Shown here: positions 49,612 to 63,103 of the stretch, one piece after another
Layout: each line of letters opens with the position of its first letter
How positions within the stretch are numbered: the stretch's first letter is position 1
Source: Felis catus
Lineage: Eukaryota
Direction: 5' to 3'
Assembly: GCF_018350175.1 (NCBI RefSeq)
Contig: NC_058368.1
Span: 56,546,001-56,610,000 of the forward strand
DNA: 64,000 bases
Notes under the pieces: model-generated
What the model was told of the DNA's origin: nothing
The model's input: the letters and a program-made list of their open reading frames with translations, nothing else
Database searches by the model: none
Position numbers and translations under genes: made by a program

Positions 49612-51910
49612 AATATTTAAATATAATTTTTAAAAACTATTCTCAAAAAATATGATTGTGTACCCAGAGATTTCATAAATGTCTGCATATAAATAATTAG
49701 AATCATATATCTAGTGACAAAGTCACTAGATATATTATTATACAAAATTTAGTTGCCTTTTGATATTCTAGAAGCACAATAATATTTTAGATTGATACAA
49801 TTTAGAATATCACCAAAAATATGAAATATCTGTGTAAATCTAAATGATGATGTTTAAAAGTTATATGGAAAATGAAAAATTCCACTAGGTATGTTAAAGG
49901 AGATATAATTAATGTATTTTGTAGAGCATATTTACAGTTTTAATACATTTAATACATATTTAACCATTTTAGAAATTGTAAAGATATCAGTTGCTATCAA
50001 ATTATTTAATAGATTCATTTGGAAGCCAACAACCAAAAATTGTTATGGAAATTGGCAAGCATCCTCTAACATATATTGAGATATAAGGAGTGAGTATAGT
50101 AAAGACTATAATATAAGACTGAGGATTTGGGGATATATATGTGTGTTACAAAACTGTAATAAAGCTTCAGTATTCATATATATAATATATTGGTATAGGA
50201 ATAGAAATATATATACTTGAGTTTCAACTATTGTATTGCTTGAGGTTCATAAATTTTAAAACTTCGATTACTTTTTTAAGATATTTTTCATTTTCCAACT
50301 CTGTACCTTAAAGGACCAGTTCAAAGTGAAGCCTTATTCTCTAATAGTTGCCAAAACCAAATTCAGGCTAAAACATGAATCCAATTTGAAGGAAGCCATG
50401 TATTTCATTTTAGTTGCATATATACAAAGTCATATAAAAGTACAAAGACATTCTTTTACAGTTGTTCCTTGACTTACATGGATTTATATTTGAAAGAATG
50501 CTCATCCTTAACAAAACAAATACAGGGTTTGGCAATCCCATTAGTAGAACAGGGGTTATTTCAAAGTTGAAGTGAAAAAAAAATGGAAATCATTTTACTA
50601 GCCCCACTCTTACTGATTTATTTCAAGATTAACATTCTCTAAGACACTATAGGTTTAGAATTCATAATTCCTTCTCAAATAATTCTCAATCAGACCTCTT
50701 ACTAAATGCAAACCATTGGACAAGTCCATGTAAAAATCTAATCTGACAATATAGGTGATACAGATACTGGCAGGAGAGCACACAATATTCATTTACTTAA
50801 AGTTACTTGATTAATTCCCCCTACCCCCCCCCCATTTTATATATATTTGAAGGAAAAAAATAATAGTAGCAAAAATGAAAGTAGACACTAATGTTAAATA
50901 GGCTAGCAGAAATCAGATATCTATGACTAAGAGACATGTAGGTTTAACAAGAAAGACATAAAACATTTTTAATAAAAGACAAGAAAAATCTGTTACAATA
51001 CTAGGTGCCATTTAAGGTGAGGTTTTGGGTGTTTGGATTGGGGGGGAGGTAGAAGTGTCAGCAATAATTCTTGTGGTTCACTACAATTAAGCCAACCATG
51101 TATCTTCTCTCTCCCTCGCATTTAGAAAGGAGGAGGTGTAGGAAAGAGTTCATGTTTACAGACCATTCCTGCCTGTTTCTGTAGCTATTCCATTCCATCT
51201 GTAAACTAATTTCTTCAGGTAGTTTGCAGCAGCATGTGGTTGGAAAATACTTTTCAATGACTCGTTTAGCAGGTTGAAAATAGGGGTTATCACCTGAACA
51301 CACCAAGATTGCATGCTCTGTCTAGCTTCTGCAGCATGTGTCCGGGTGGCCACATGCCTTTCCTTGCCATTTTTCTATTTTATTTAAATATCTATATAAT
51401 CAATTCAAAAGCAAAGATTATTATCAGTTGTAAAGATGACAAAATCAGCTTTTTATTATCTGATAATATATACTCTTCTGTAAGTAAATATGGCTGGGAC
51501 CTAAGATATTATCATACTACTATTTTACACCAAAAATAATTCTTTTGACATTGTGAAGTAGCTTTTTTAATAGACTGAGTAAAGTAAAAAAGCATTTTTA
51601 TTACGTGAGTGTCATCTTCCAGAAACTATTGTAATTTTTCACTTTTATATACCTTTAGTCTTGTATAGAAGGATATGTGATGACATAAAGCTCTTTGACT
51701 GAAATCTAATTCAAGTTTACATTTAGTACTTATCTCAGATACATAGCACTGTAGAGTATGTGACAACTTTCCTTATTTAAACAAGATTCTGTCAAATGTC
51801 AGCACACGAAGTACAGATGTGGATTTATCTGCAGTGGGTGCCATCCTCTGCTTCAGTGTGCAGTCTTTTTTTTTCTTTGTTCCTGTTTTTAGATAGCTTC
51901 ATAGTTTTGT

Positions 51911-52036
51911 GGGGTGTCTGGGTGGCTCAGCCAGTTAAGTGTCTGGCTCTTGATCTCGGCTCAGGTCATCATCTCACAGTTCGTGGGTTCGAGCCCTGCA
52001 TCGAGCTCTGTGCTGACAGGCCAGAGCCTGCTTGGG

Positions 52037-52070
<34 letters not shown>

Positions 52071-52113
52071 CCTCCTCTGCTGTCTCTCTATTTCAAAATA
52101 AATAAATAAATGG
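51911..52113 (+). mobile_element. Can-SINE
   Basis: TSD tagata(g/ac)cttcatagttttg on both sides. Confidence 0.94.
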
Positions 52114-52257
52114 TAGATAACCTTCATAGTTTTGCAACTATTAGTCACAGAATTGAGGAAAGAACGTGAACTCAGAGATCTGGGCTCAAAGCTTTTTGTG
52201 TGGTTGAACATGGCATTTCTCCGTTTTATAATTTTTAACCTTTGTTCTTGCATCTAA

Positions 52258-52521
52258 CAAATATATAGGAAATTACACATATAATCAATTAATGTTTAGC
52301 TCACTAAATTTACACAAACTGAATGCCCCAGTGTAACCAGCATGCAGATCAATAAACAAAGATTGCTAGTGCCACTGTGACCTCCATTGCTCCTTCTCAG
52401 TCTCTAAATACTCCCTCCAGGATATGAATACTTACTTGTAACATCATGGAATAGTCTTGGCTATTTTTATATTCTATATAAAGAATATCATATATTGTTA
52501 ATCATTTATATCTGGCTTCTT
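52258..52521 (-). mobile_element. L1ME-like 3' end
   Basis: aaatttacacaaactgaatgccccagtgtaaccagcatgcagatcaataaaca. Confidence 0.65.
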
Positions 52522-52781
52522 TATTTTTTAAAGAATTAAAAAAATTAATGTTTATTTATTTATTTTGAGAGAGAGAGAGGGAGAGACAGCGCAAGTGTGA
52601 GTGGGGGAGGGGCAGAGAGAGAGAATCCCAAGCAGACATGATGCTGTCATCACAGAGCCTTCAACATGAAGCCCAACACAGGCTGAACCAAGGGCTCGAC
52701 CTCACAAACCGTGAGATCATGACCTGAGCTGAAATCAAGAGATGGATGGACACTTAACCCACTGAGCCTCCCAGGTGCCCC
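52522..52781 (-). mobile_element. Can-SINE with an internal insertion
   Basis: Head ends ccaggtgcccc; extra sequence at about 52660-52692. Confidence 0.9.
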
Positions 52782-53360
52782 AAGATTTGTCTTTTAAAAT
52801 GTAGTTTGCTCATTCATAGCACTATCATGGTGTAGTCTTTTTTTATGGTTTTCCTTCTTACATTAAAATTGTTTTAAACAATTAGTTCCTTAGCCAGGTA
52901 AGCAAGGTGTATTGTGCTTAGGCTGAAGATTTGTAGGCCCGTCTCCTTGAAGGAAGCACTGAATTGCAGAAAGAACAGTGATGTTTCCAGATATACTATA
53001 ATTAAAACCTATCTGAGAAATTATCAGGATACCAATGTGCATGAATTTGTTCTACTTCAAAGAATGAAAGAGTCTTATGTCTACCTACCTCAACACATAG
53101 ATTTGTGGGGCTTATATTAAATGGGGTATCATGTGAAAGACCTCCATAATCTGATTTGTAATGCTCTCTTAAAATAAGCAGTTAGCTTCTCACATGTCTT
53201 CGAGAATGTTCCTATCTCATTTGCCACATCAGGACACTTCAGAACAATGAGTGGATGATGCTTTAAATCTCTCCATGTCTTTGTTCATGCTATCTCATAT
53301 TTCTCGTATATAATTCTTGATTTCGTGGGGAATTAAGGAAGCTGGAAAATTCATATTCTT

Positions 53361-53573
53361 TTTTTTTATTTGTTTTAATGTTTATTATTGAGAGACAAAG
53401 ACAGAGCACAAGCAGGAAAGGGACAGAGAGAGAGGGAGACCCAGAATCCGAAGCAGGCTCCAGGCTCTGAGCTGTCAGCACAGAGCCCGACACGAGGCTG
53501 GAACCCACAGACCATGCAGTCATGACCTGAGCCGAAGTCGAATGCTTAACCGATTGAACCACCCAGGCGCCCC
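53361..53573 (-). mobile_element. Can-SINE
   Basis: Full body; TSD-like catatt(c/t)tt. Confidence 0.93.
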
Positions 53574-53645
53574 GCATATTTTTTGATCAAAGAATAACTC
53601 AGTGTCATTTCTTTTGTGATTTTATAATTTGTTGTTGGTAATGAA

Positions 53646-53840
53646 GTTTTTTTATTGAAGTATAGTTGACATACAATATTAATTTTTGGTATACAACATA
53701 GTGACTTGACATTTATATATGTTACAAAATGATCAGCACGATAAGACAGTTACCATCCATCACCATACAAACCTATTACAATATTTTGGACTATATTCCC
53801 TATGCTGTACTATACATCCCTGTGATTTATTTATTTACAG
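53646..53840 (-). mobile_element. L1 3' terminus (L1MA9/carnivore type)
   Basis: tttattgaagtatagttgacatacaatatt...actatattccctatgctgtac. Confidence 0.85.
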
Positions 53841-54162
53841 CCACAGTCTTTGTTCCATGCAGTTTTGCTCATTTTCCATGTTCTACATAACTAGCAGCTT
53901 CTGATTCACAACTATGTCCAAAATTAAAAAAAAGGGAATAATTACACTAGCCTATTAGTTCATCATATACAGAGAATGAATTTATTTAACTCTAGGACAG
54001 AAGTACTTACCAATATGTCTGGCACCTTATAAGTTCAATATATATGTAATTAAAAATTGACAATATTTTACTGATTGACCTAATGAATAAATTAATGAGT
54101 GGGTTATTGAAGTTTATATTAATTTAGAGATTAGAAAAAGTGATTTGAAAATATATTACTTT

Positions 54163-54341
54163 GGGGCACCTGGGTGGCTCAGTTGGTTGAGTGTCTGACT
54201 CTTGGTTTCGGCTTAGATCATGATCCCAGGGTCATGGGATTGAGCCCTGCATCAGGCTCTTCACTGAGCATGGAGCCTGCTTAAGTTTCTTTCTCTCTCT
54301 CCCTGTGCCCCTCTCCTCAGCTCTCTCTAAAATAATTTTTA
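54163..54341 (+). mobile_element. Can-SINE
   Basis: TSD aaaat(a/g)tattac. Confidence 0.92.
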
Positions 54342-54708
54342 AAAATGTATTACATAACCATATTCAATGTAAAATGTTACCATTTATCTATAGAGCTTAA
54401 TGCTTTCTTCTTAAATCCATAATAATTTGCATTGGTTATATGTTCACTTAGGATAACTATTCCATTCTTAAATACTTGAATCGTGATTGAAAGTTAATTT
54501 AATTTGGTGGACTGATTCATGGGACGAAAATTTATTGGGCACTAATATATTCAGTGTGGTATCAAGCAATAATGGGCAAATAATTTAGTTTAATCATTGC
54601 GTCCCATGTATCTCTCTAGTTACTATAATAACTGGTTCCTAGTGTTTAAATGATAACATAATTTGTTCATTAGAATATATTTCTGATTTAATGTTGAAAG
54701 TGATATGA

Positions 54709-54953
54709 GGGGCACCTGGGTGGCTCAGTTGGTTAAGCATCCGACTTCAGCTCAGGTCATGTTCTCACAGCTTGTGAGTTTGTGCCCCACATCAGGCCTT
54801 GTGCTAGCAGCTCAGAACCTGGAGCCTGCTTGAGATTCTGTGTCTCCCTCTCTCTCTGCCCCTCCCCCATTCACACTCTGTCTCTCTCTCTCTGTCTCTC
54901 CCTCAAAAATAAACAAACATTTTAAAAAGTCTTTAAAAATAAAAATAAAAAAA
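54709..54953 (+). mobile_element. Can-SINE
   Basis: TSD gaaagtgatatga at 54696-54708 and 54954-54966. Confidence 0.95.
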
Positions 54954-56057
54954 GAAAGTGATATGAAAGCCATAAATGCTATATTGAATTTTATAATAGC
55001 TAATTTTTTTTGCAAGAAGTATGGGATGTGTATATCTAAAAGTAATTTAAGGCCATCTACTTAATATCACTGTTATTTTTACTTAAAACCTGACCAAAAA
55101 TAGGTTCAATTATATGCAAATATCTCCAGATTTGATCTTTAGAAATTTTAACATATCCCAAGATAAACAGATTTAAGCAAAGAATATGCTTACTTTTAAA
55201 ATATTCATAAGGCTTGAGACATTTCTTGTGAACTATGGATATAGGAGTTTTTAAAAAAAGAATACCTTCCAGCAGAATTGCAATGCATTTTTCAAACATC
55301 TAGTTTCTTATGACAGCAACTACCTTCACGATGAGCCAAAGGGATTTCCAAATCAGAGATAGGAGTCTGACACTTCAGTTAAAGCTTCTATTTGTAATGC
55401 AGTTTTAGATCACATTTGGGGTTTGATAATCCTCCAGAACATCAAGTTTCTATATGCTTTGTGTTCATCTGAATTCAAGTGAAAAAATAAAACCTTTTAA
55501 TGGAAAAAATACTAATGAGAAACATGGAAGTAATTCACTTTGAATCTTTTGGAGAATGTAAGTTTTTTATTTGGGCTAATTTTCATCAAGCATCAGTTTG
55601 AACAAAGATAATTTTGCCATCATTGCATACACTTAAAGTTATTATTTCATATCATTCACTTTTATTTATACTTTATATATCTTCTGTCTTCATTTTTTAA
55701 TAAATTATATTCCATACAAAGTAAGCCTTTTTTTCTAGATTTATAAATGAAATTGCATCCTTTGAAATTGTCTTCAAAATTATCAGTAAAACCCTCTTTG
55801 TTGCTATTACAGACATTGTACATGTTTGACCATTAGTGTCTAGTTTGGCCTCTCCACTGCAAAAATACTCTTTAAAGTCTTTGATTTATGCAAAAAGAGT
55901 CTTCTGAAATGACAGTCCAAATATATTTTGACAAGACTATTATCATTGCAAGGAATAAGTACTGTCTTCAAAGTAATTAAAGGAGATTTTGAGAGTTGTT
56001 TTATAAAGTTAGTTATTTGTCCTATGTACTTTGTGGATTTGGCAAAGATACCAACTT

Positions 56058-56273
56058 CCATAAATTTTTTTAATGTTTACTTATATTTGAGAAAGGTGGG
56101 GGGGATGCATGGGCGTGGGAGGGGCAGAGAGAGACAGAGACACAGAATCTGAAGAAGGCTCCTGGCTTTGAGCTGTCAGCACAGCGCTCAGTGCAGGGCT
56201 CAAACCCAGGAGCAGTCAGATCATGACCTGAGGTGAAGTCGACCCTTAACCAACTGAGCCACACAGGTGCCCC
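56058..56273 (-). mobile_element. Can-SINE
   Basis: TSD aaagataccaactt at 56044-56057 and 56274-56287. Confidence 0.94.
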
Positions 56274-56685
56274 AAAGATACCAACTTGTAAAACCAACAA
56301 AACAAACAAAAATCTGTAAGTATACACAAATGAACATTAGGTTTTCCTGGAGATACAGCATGGAGATGGGACAAGAGATACACTCTAGCATTATTAACAG
56401 GATTTTCTGTATTCATTGTACCTGGTCATATAATTAAGATATAAAATGAGAAGATATATGACACTTAGCATAAGTATTATATACAAGAATAAAAATATGT
56501 TGGCAGCATAGAGTTACTATAAAACCATGTTTGAGAAGAGTAGACTACCTAGGTTTTTCCAGGGAAGAAAATTGTCGTTAAGAATAGAGATGCCAAAAAA
56601 ATTAAATACGCTCTTCAGAACAAGGGAAAAGGATGGACATCCTGTAATAACTGTTGTTATTTTTAAAATTAAAGGACCAATGTAT

Positions 56686-56913
56686 GGGGCGCCTGGGTGG
56701 ATCACTCAGTTGAGCATCCGACTTTGGCTCAGGTCATGATCTCGCCATCTGTGAGTTCAAGCCCTGTGTTGGGCTCTGTGCTGACAGCTCAGAGCCTGGA
56801 GCCTGTTTCAGATTCTGTGTCTCCCTCTCTCTCTGCCCCTCCCCCGCTCATGCTCTGTCTCTCTCTCTCGGTCAAAAATAAATAAAGCATTAAAAATTTT
56901 TTTTAAAATAAAG
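56686..56913 (+). mobile_element. Can-SINE
   Basis: Perfect 20-bp TSD aaaattaaaggaccaatgta at 56665-56684 and 56914-56933. Confidence 0.96.
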
Positions 56914-57488
56914 AAAATTAAAGGACCAATGTAACTAATAGCTGATATTACACATATTTCCCATTTAAGTAGTACATTTCTTTTGTTGATAATAAAAACT
57001 TGTTTTCTAAAAGGTTTCCAGTAAGAAAATATGAAGATTTGCTGAAATTAACCCTTCACATTTCCCCAGTGATAATATTTATTGTTCTGCCATCCTATTA
57101 AAATTTATCTTGCCAATGCAAATAGTAATGGTGCATTTCTTCAGTTTATTATTTGTTCATTTTGTCTTCACATTTTTATAGATTTATGGGAATGACTTAA
57201 ATTATTTTTATTTTTTGTAATATAAGCTTAAATATTCTAAAATTATTACTCCCAATTTGTATTTATAATCATTATTGCTTATTTTATCAATAAATATCAC
57301 TAATATTTCATAACTTGTATTATAAAATATTTTCAGGTATAAAAATATTTTCAGATATTTGTGAAAGAAGTGAATGTCTTCAGCCCAGAATAGATATTTT
57401 TCTAATCTGAATTCTTTTTCCTTTTTTTAATAGTCCCTTTTTTGGAAGAATGAGTGTACTCTACCTTATTTAGAAAATTCTGGATCGT

Positions 57489-57626
57489 GGGGTTCCTGGG
57501 TGGCTCAGTTAGTTTAGTGACCAGCTCTTGATTTTGGCTCAGGTCGATCTCATGGTTGGGGGATTGAGCCCCTGCTTGGAATACTCTCTCTCTCTCCCTC
57601 TACCTCTCTCCACTCATGCTGGCTCA

Positions 57627-57676
<50 letters not shown>

Positions 57677-57700
57677 ACAAACCAAAAAAAAAAAAAACAC
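57489..57700 (+). mobile_element. Can-SINE with internal deletion and long (CT)n
   Basis: TSD tagaaaattctggatc at 57471-57486 and 57701-57716. Confidence 0.94.
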
Positions 57701-57722
57701 TAGAAAATTCTGGATCATTGAT

Positions 57723-58200
57723 TGTTTAGGTTATTCATTGGTGTATTAAAAACTACATTAGAAGTTTGTGGTTTAAAGCAACAATGTAATTTTGCTTAAC
57801 ACTTTATGAGTCAGAAATTCAAGAAGGACTTCACTTGACACTTTATCTCTGTTCTATGTGGCATCAGATGGGGAGGCTGACTGAGGCGAGAGGATTTCCT
57901 GAATCTGGCTCACTCACAAAACTGGCAACTTTGTATTAGTTGTCAGCTCAGAGTTCAGCTTAGAAACTCAAGGACCTCTCCACTGGAATGCATAAACTTT
58001 ATTAGAGAATGGAAGCTGGGTTTCAACACCTAATAAGAGGTATTAGGTTGCCATTCTCTTAAATCATGAGTCTAGAGATTGGCAATATTGTAACATCTTC
58101 CATGTTCTGTTGGTCAAAGAATTCTTAGGACCCACTCAGATTCAAACAGAGGAGGCACAGATCTTACAGCTAATAGAAAGAATGTTAGATTCTGTCCAGT
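57723..58200 (-). mobile_element. MLT1 (MaLR) solo LTR
   Basis: gtggtttaaagcaacaa...gagtcagaaattcaagaagg...tggctcactcaca...ttctgttggtcaaag. Confidence 0.75.
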
Positions 58201-58329
58201 TTCATAGAGATCATACATGGATGAGAACCAACGCAATTCTCACATCATTCTGATTTCAAACAAAAAACTTGTGTCACCGGATGTAAAAATATTTGAATGA
58301 TCAGCAAAAAATTATTGAACATGTCTACC

Positions 58330-58709
58330 TTGCAACACTCTTTAAATTGGATCACTGACATCAATCAGTGACAGTGCCCTTGATGAAACTTCCTTTTTTT
58401 CTCTTTTGGTGAGCCTTAGAGCACTTTTAAGATACATTAAAGCAGAGAGATCTAGACATAAGAGACATAAAAGAAGAATCAATGCCTGTGAAGAGAAACT
58501 GAGAATGCTAAAGAAGAAATACCTTCCTTTCTTCTTTATTGCTTAGAATGTTAACATATTTCTGAGACAGGACGAGACTTTTAACCCAAGACCTGAGCAG
58601 AGAGGTTAGCATTTATACCATGCCTTCTGACCCAGAGAGACTAAATATGCATTTGGTAAGCTACTAGATCTGTGGTAATTCATTACATAACAATATAAAA
58701 TGAATATAG
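58330..58709 (+). mobile_element. MLT1-like LTR, 3' part
   Basis: End taagctactagatctgtggtaattcattacataacaatataaaatgaatata. Confidence 0.55.
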
Positions 58710-58714
58710 TGATA

Positions 58715-59235
58715 TATTTCAATGAACAGTAGCTCTCATTTTCAACTCAGGTCAGTATATTTATGTTTTCCTTACTGTTCATGTTCTATGTCCTGTTTAA
58801 GAAATTATTGGCTTTTGCAAGATCCTGGAGATTTGTTTCTATTCTCTTTTCTAGAAGATGTATTATTTTACCTTCTGCAAATTATCTATTTAGGATTGGT
58901 TTGATGTATGGTAGGTGGTAGAGTTCATAGTTTATTGTTTTTCATAGAACTATTTAGTTGATCCAGTACCAGGGTTTAAAAAGGCTGTGCATTTTGCACT
59001 GCTCTGCATTGCTCTGCTCTGCTTTTTCAATGTATGAAGGCACATTTAAATAAGCATCTCTTTAGAATCCTGAATCTATTCCATTGGTTTAAATATATAT
59101 CTTATAATATTAATATAATATTTTATATTAATTATAAATTAATATACAGCAAACGTCTTTAATTTTGTTTTCATTATTTCTCTGCTTTTCATGTCCGTAT
59201 TAATTTTAATATCATTTTGTCAATTTCTATACTCA
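58715..59235 (-). mobile_element. Old L1M ORF2 fragment
   Basis: tatgtcctgtttaagaaat...ttagttgatccagtacca...atcattttgtcaatttcta. Confidence 0.6.
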
Positions 59236-59304
59236 TACACATAATTTGTACACAATTTTCATTCATATGAATACACACACGTGCACATACACACATATTG
59301 AGTG

Positions 59305-59753
59305 CATTTGGGCTGTGAAGCCATCTAGACATTTGAAACTTCTAAACTTATTCAGGTCATTGTCAAAATCTCATTCTTAGGGATTTCAACTGCATGGCTG
59401 GGCTCTAGCTCTTTGCTGGATGTTTCCTGAAGGTTTTCCTCAAGTCCTAAGGCCATCTGGTTTATTGCGCATGGGCTTCCTCAACATGGCAGCTCACTTC
59501 ATCAAGCCAGCAGAAATGATGTATTCCACACTGCTTCAAGTGTCTTTTATAACTTAACATATTCACTGGAGTAACATCTTAACTCCATTGCCATGCATCC
59601 TTACCACAGGAATAATATCCTTTCTGCTTTGCTATATTATATTGGTTAAAAACAAGTTACAGCCTCTGCATACAATGGGAAGGGTCATCTAAAGCCATGG
59701 ACACCAAGAAGTGGAGTAGTCATTGGGGATTGCCTGAGAATCTGTCCACTGCA
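59305..59753 (-). mobile_element. MLT1 (MLT1E-like) LTR fragment
   Basis: caacatggcagctcacttcatcaagccagc...tattggttaaaaacaagttacag...agaatctgtccactgca. Confidence 0.75.
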
Positions 59754-59779
59754 AACCTTAAGGAAATGAAAGTGCAGAC

Positions 59780-59975
59780 TCTAGAGGGTGAGACAAATTT
59801 GCAATTATTACAATTGACAAGGAGATTATATCCAGGAAATATAAGTAATACCTACAAATGCATAGCAAAAAGTTAAGAATGTAAGGATACAGTGGGGAAA
59901 AGATTGGAACAAAGAAATCATCAAAAGGAAAATACAATATAATTTATACATATGAAAGGTGCTCAGTCATATCAC
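59780..59975 (+). mobile_element. Old L1M fragment
   Basis: tgacaaggagattatatccaggaaatataag...catatgaaaggtgctca. Confidence 0.6.
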
Positions 59976-60849
59976 TTATGCTTCATAAGTGATGAAGTGA
60001 TAGTTCACTGAGATCATCACATAAGATTGGTACATTCTTCATTATGTTTCTTGTACTTCAACAAAATATTTTTAAAGTAATTATAATTCAAGATTATGCT
60101 CTCCAAGTTATTAAATAATGTTTTAGTTTATATCACTATATTTAAAAAAAAACTTCCAGGGCTCTAATGATTTATTTGTTGATATTTTAAATATGTTAAT
60201 GAAAGCAACATGATTAATTTATAGAAATAACATTTATATTATTTTGGATAAGTAGACCCATGAGTTAATTTACAAAATATATTGGTGTCTTTTCAAAAAC
60301 ACCTGAAACTATACCACTATGTTAAAAGCTATCCATATTATTTTTCCAGGAAGCCAATGCCATTACTTTATACATGCCTTTTTAGGTAAATAAATTACTC
60401 TTAAAGAAGGTTCCTGATGACAAAAGTACAGTGGAAATAATTTTTGTAGCAAAAGAATGTTAAAAAGAAGTAGAAGTTCCTGGATCTGTTATATAATGAA
60501 TAAATATGTGCAATTTACTTTGCTTTAGAAATTAAACTTAATAGTTGTTTTAAAAATTAATATCTACAAAGTTGATAATTAGAAACCCATGGGATTTTAA
60601 CAGAAAGTTTTCAATAGATATATGGAAATGCCCTTTTATAATTAGTATCATAACTTCAAAGAGGTAGTAATAAAATGCATTACTTTTAATATCATAGTTT
60701 TAAATTAAAATATATATGAATTTTAAGAAAATTATTCATTTGTTCAGAAATTTCAAAAAGACAGATGTAAAAATTGGCTTCATGTATAGTGCCATTCTTT
60801 TTCAAAAATAACATGTATTGAATTTTTATTTACCTTGTATTTCAAATGT

Positions 60850-61022
60850 ACTGACTCAGTTCTCATGACAACCCTATGAATTAGATGTTATGATTGTCCA
60901 CATAGATGTAGAAACTAAGGCTTAGAGGAATTCAGTAACTTGCCCTAAGTTATACAGTTTAGGAATAGAACTGTTCTCTGAAGCCAGACTAACACTATAT
61001 ACTAGTGATCTTAATCATTCTA
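60850..61022 (-). mobile_element. MIR
   Basis: acaaccctatga...gaaactaaggcttagaggaattcagtaacttgccc. Confidence 0.8.
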
Positions 61023-61453
61023 CAACTTCCTTAGCTGGTAAACATCATTAATTATATATTCTTTGCATCCTGGTTTTCTATACTTGTGGGAGATTTCTGA
61101 TATTCACAATAAAGAATATTCTTAAAATAATCTTAAAATAATATTCTCTGTTCTTAAATATACCACGTAAAATTAATAACTAATATAAGATAGAAAGGAT
61201 TGTGCATTAACTCAGTCATATATGTGACTAGGTGAAGACAGCTTATTTTCATCTGGCTAGTTTCTATGAATCTAAATCTTAAACCAAATGCCAAGTTCTC
61301 TGATCACTTTTGCCACATTAGATGAGGTAAAGGAGATTGAAAATGTTTAGGGTTTGGCTTGGAAAGGCAAATACCTAGAATAATATTTGCTAACATTGTT
61401 TGGCAGACTAATAAAGAGAATATGGTAAAATTATTAGTAGATCCATAAGACGG

Positions 61454-62287
61454 TATGGTAAGCAGAATAGTGTAGCGGATCCCACTTCCCCTCTGCCACC
61501 AAAAGAAGTTCATGCCCTAAGGATATGCGGTAATGTTATGTTACCTGGCCAAAAGACAATGCAGATGTGATCAAGGTTATGGATTTAAGATGAAGAGATT
61601 ACTGTGGATTATCTGGGAGGAAGGGATCAATATAATCACGTGAGTTCTTAAAAGTAGAGAATCTTTCCTTGGCCCTGAAGAGAGATATAATGATAGAAAA
61701 CTGGCCAGAGAAGTGGCAGCAAGATAAGGGTGCCTCTGAAACATAAGTGTTTTATAAAAGGAATGCAGAAGTTTGAAGGGCTCAAAGGTGGTCTCCAATA
61801 GATAGCCAGCAATGAAACAGAGACCTGAGCTCTGAAACCACATAGAACTGAATTCGGTCAACACATGAATGAGCTTTGAATTTCTTTCTGCTAGAGCCTC
61901 CAGAAAATATCAGTGCTGCTGACCCCTTGACATTAGCCTGTTGAGATCCACGTGAGACTTCTGACCTCCAGAACTGTAAGATAATAAATTTGTGTTGTTA
62001 TATGGTGCTATGTTTGGGGCAATTTTTTTAAGTAACTTAAATATATAGATATATATAAATAATAATGTTAATTAATTAATTTATTTTGAGAGAGAACACA
62101 AGCAGGGGAGGGGCAGAGAGAGAGGGAAAGAGAGAATCCCAAGCAGTCTGCACACTGTCAACACAGAGCTCGATGTTGGGCTCAAGCTCACTGCAAGATC
62201 ATGACCTGAACTGAAATCAAGAGTCGGATGAATCCCAGGCACCCCTGGGGAATTATTTTTTTATTGAAGCAATAGAAAACTAATATA
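61454..62287 (+). mobile_element. MLT1D-like solo LTR with a SINE near its 3' end
   Basis: tatggtaagcagaata...tgcagatgtgatcaag...gacttctgacctccagaactgtaagataataaatttgtgttg...agcaatagaaaactaatata. Confidence 0.88.
62030..62245 (-). mobile_element. Can-SINE inside MLT1
   Basis: Head cccaggcacccc; TSD-like tgggg(c)aatt. Confidence 0.9.
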
Positions 62288-63017
62288 TTGGGCAATATAG
62301 TTTTCCAGGCATTATAAGCAAGGTACAGAATTGTGCATGTTCCTAGGGACATAAGATGGATGGTGAGATTGAACAAGGTGGATTACATTTATAAAAATGA
62401 ATGGAAAGATGGCTGAAAAGTCTTCCAAAGGAAAAGACAAAAATGAATAAAAAGAATTCCACCATATTAATCCCAATTACATCCCTTGAATGGTAACAGC
62501 ATTTGTTACTTCTAATTCATTTATTCCTCACAATGTTGTCGAATAAATATTCTCTATCTAAAATTAAAATTTTTCAAAACCATAGTACTTTGCATGGACT
62601 GCGGTGAAATATGCATGGAATGGGTTCATTAAATACATTAGAATAGCAAACACTTTTGCTGCTTTACTTTTACCTTATAACAAAAACTTTTCCTCATTGT
62701 TGTGTCATCTGCTCTCCACTTCTGTTTTTGTTCCTTATATCTTCTTTCCTTTCATTCAAACAGTAATGTGATTTTGACCCAGTCTTTTTTATTGACAAAA
62801 TATTATAACGTAGGGCTCATTTCAGTTCCTGAATCACTAGACACAATTAAACAGCAATAATGTTCAAATAAAATAATTGGAATTAGAAGTTCAAAAAGAA
62901 AATAATCATACTCAACTAAGTATATAACATTTTTGAAACCAGTTGGGCATTCATTATTGGAAAGAAATAGTCAACTTATGTGATAGTAAGTGATACATAT
63001 GTGTGAACCCCCCACGC

Positions 63018-63103
63018 ACATTTACATTTACATATGTATATTCATATATGCAATTTATATATATACATATATATATGTATATACACACATATGTGTACAT
63101 ATT
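63018..63103. repeat. Degenerate (TA/CA)n tract
   Basis: Seen directly. Confidence 0.8.

Larger units (their letters stand above)
48085..50215 (+). mobile_element. Old L1M remnant (5'/ORF1-like, then ORF2 pieces), fragmented
   Basis: aaatgacagacatgatagattagctgaca; agaaaatacaattcaccaaagct; aattatttaatagattca...ggaaattggcaagc; atattggtataggaataga. Confidence 0.6.

Noticed and set aside
1145..57749. Many similar short ORFs (GAWVAQSVK...AQVMIS..., GAPGWRS...)
   Set aside because: These are translations of Can-SINE copies, not a gene family.
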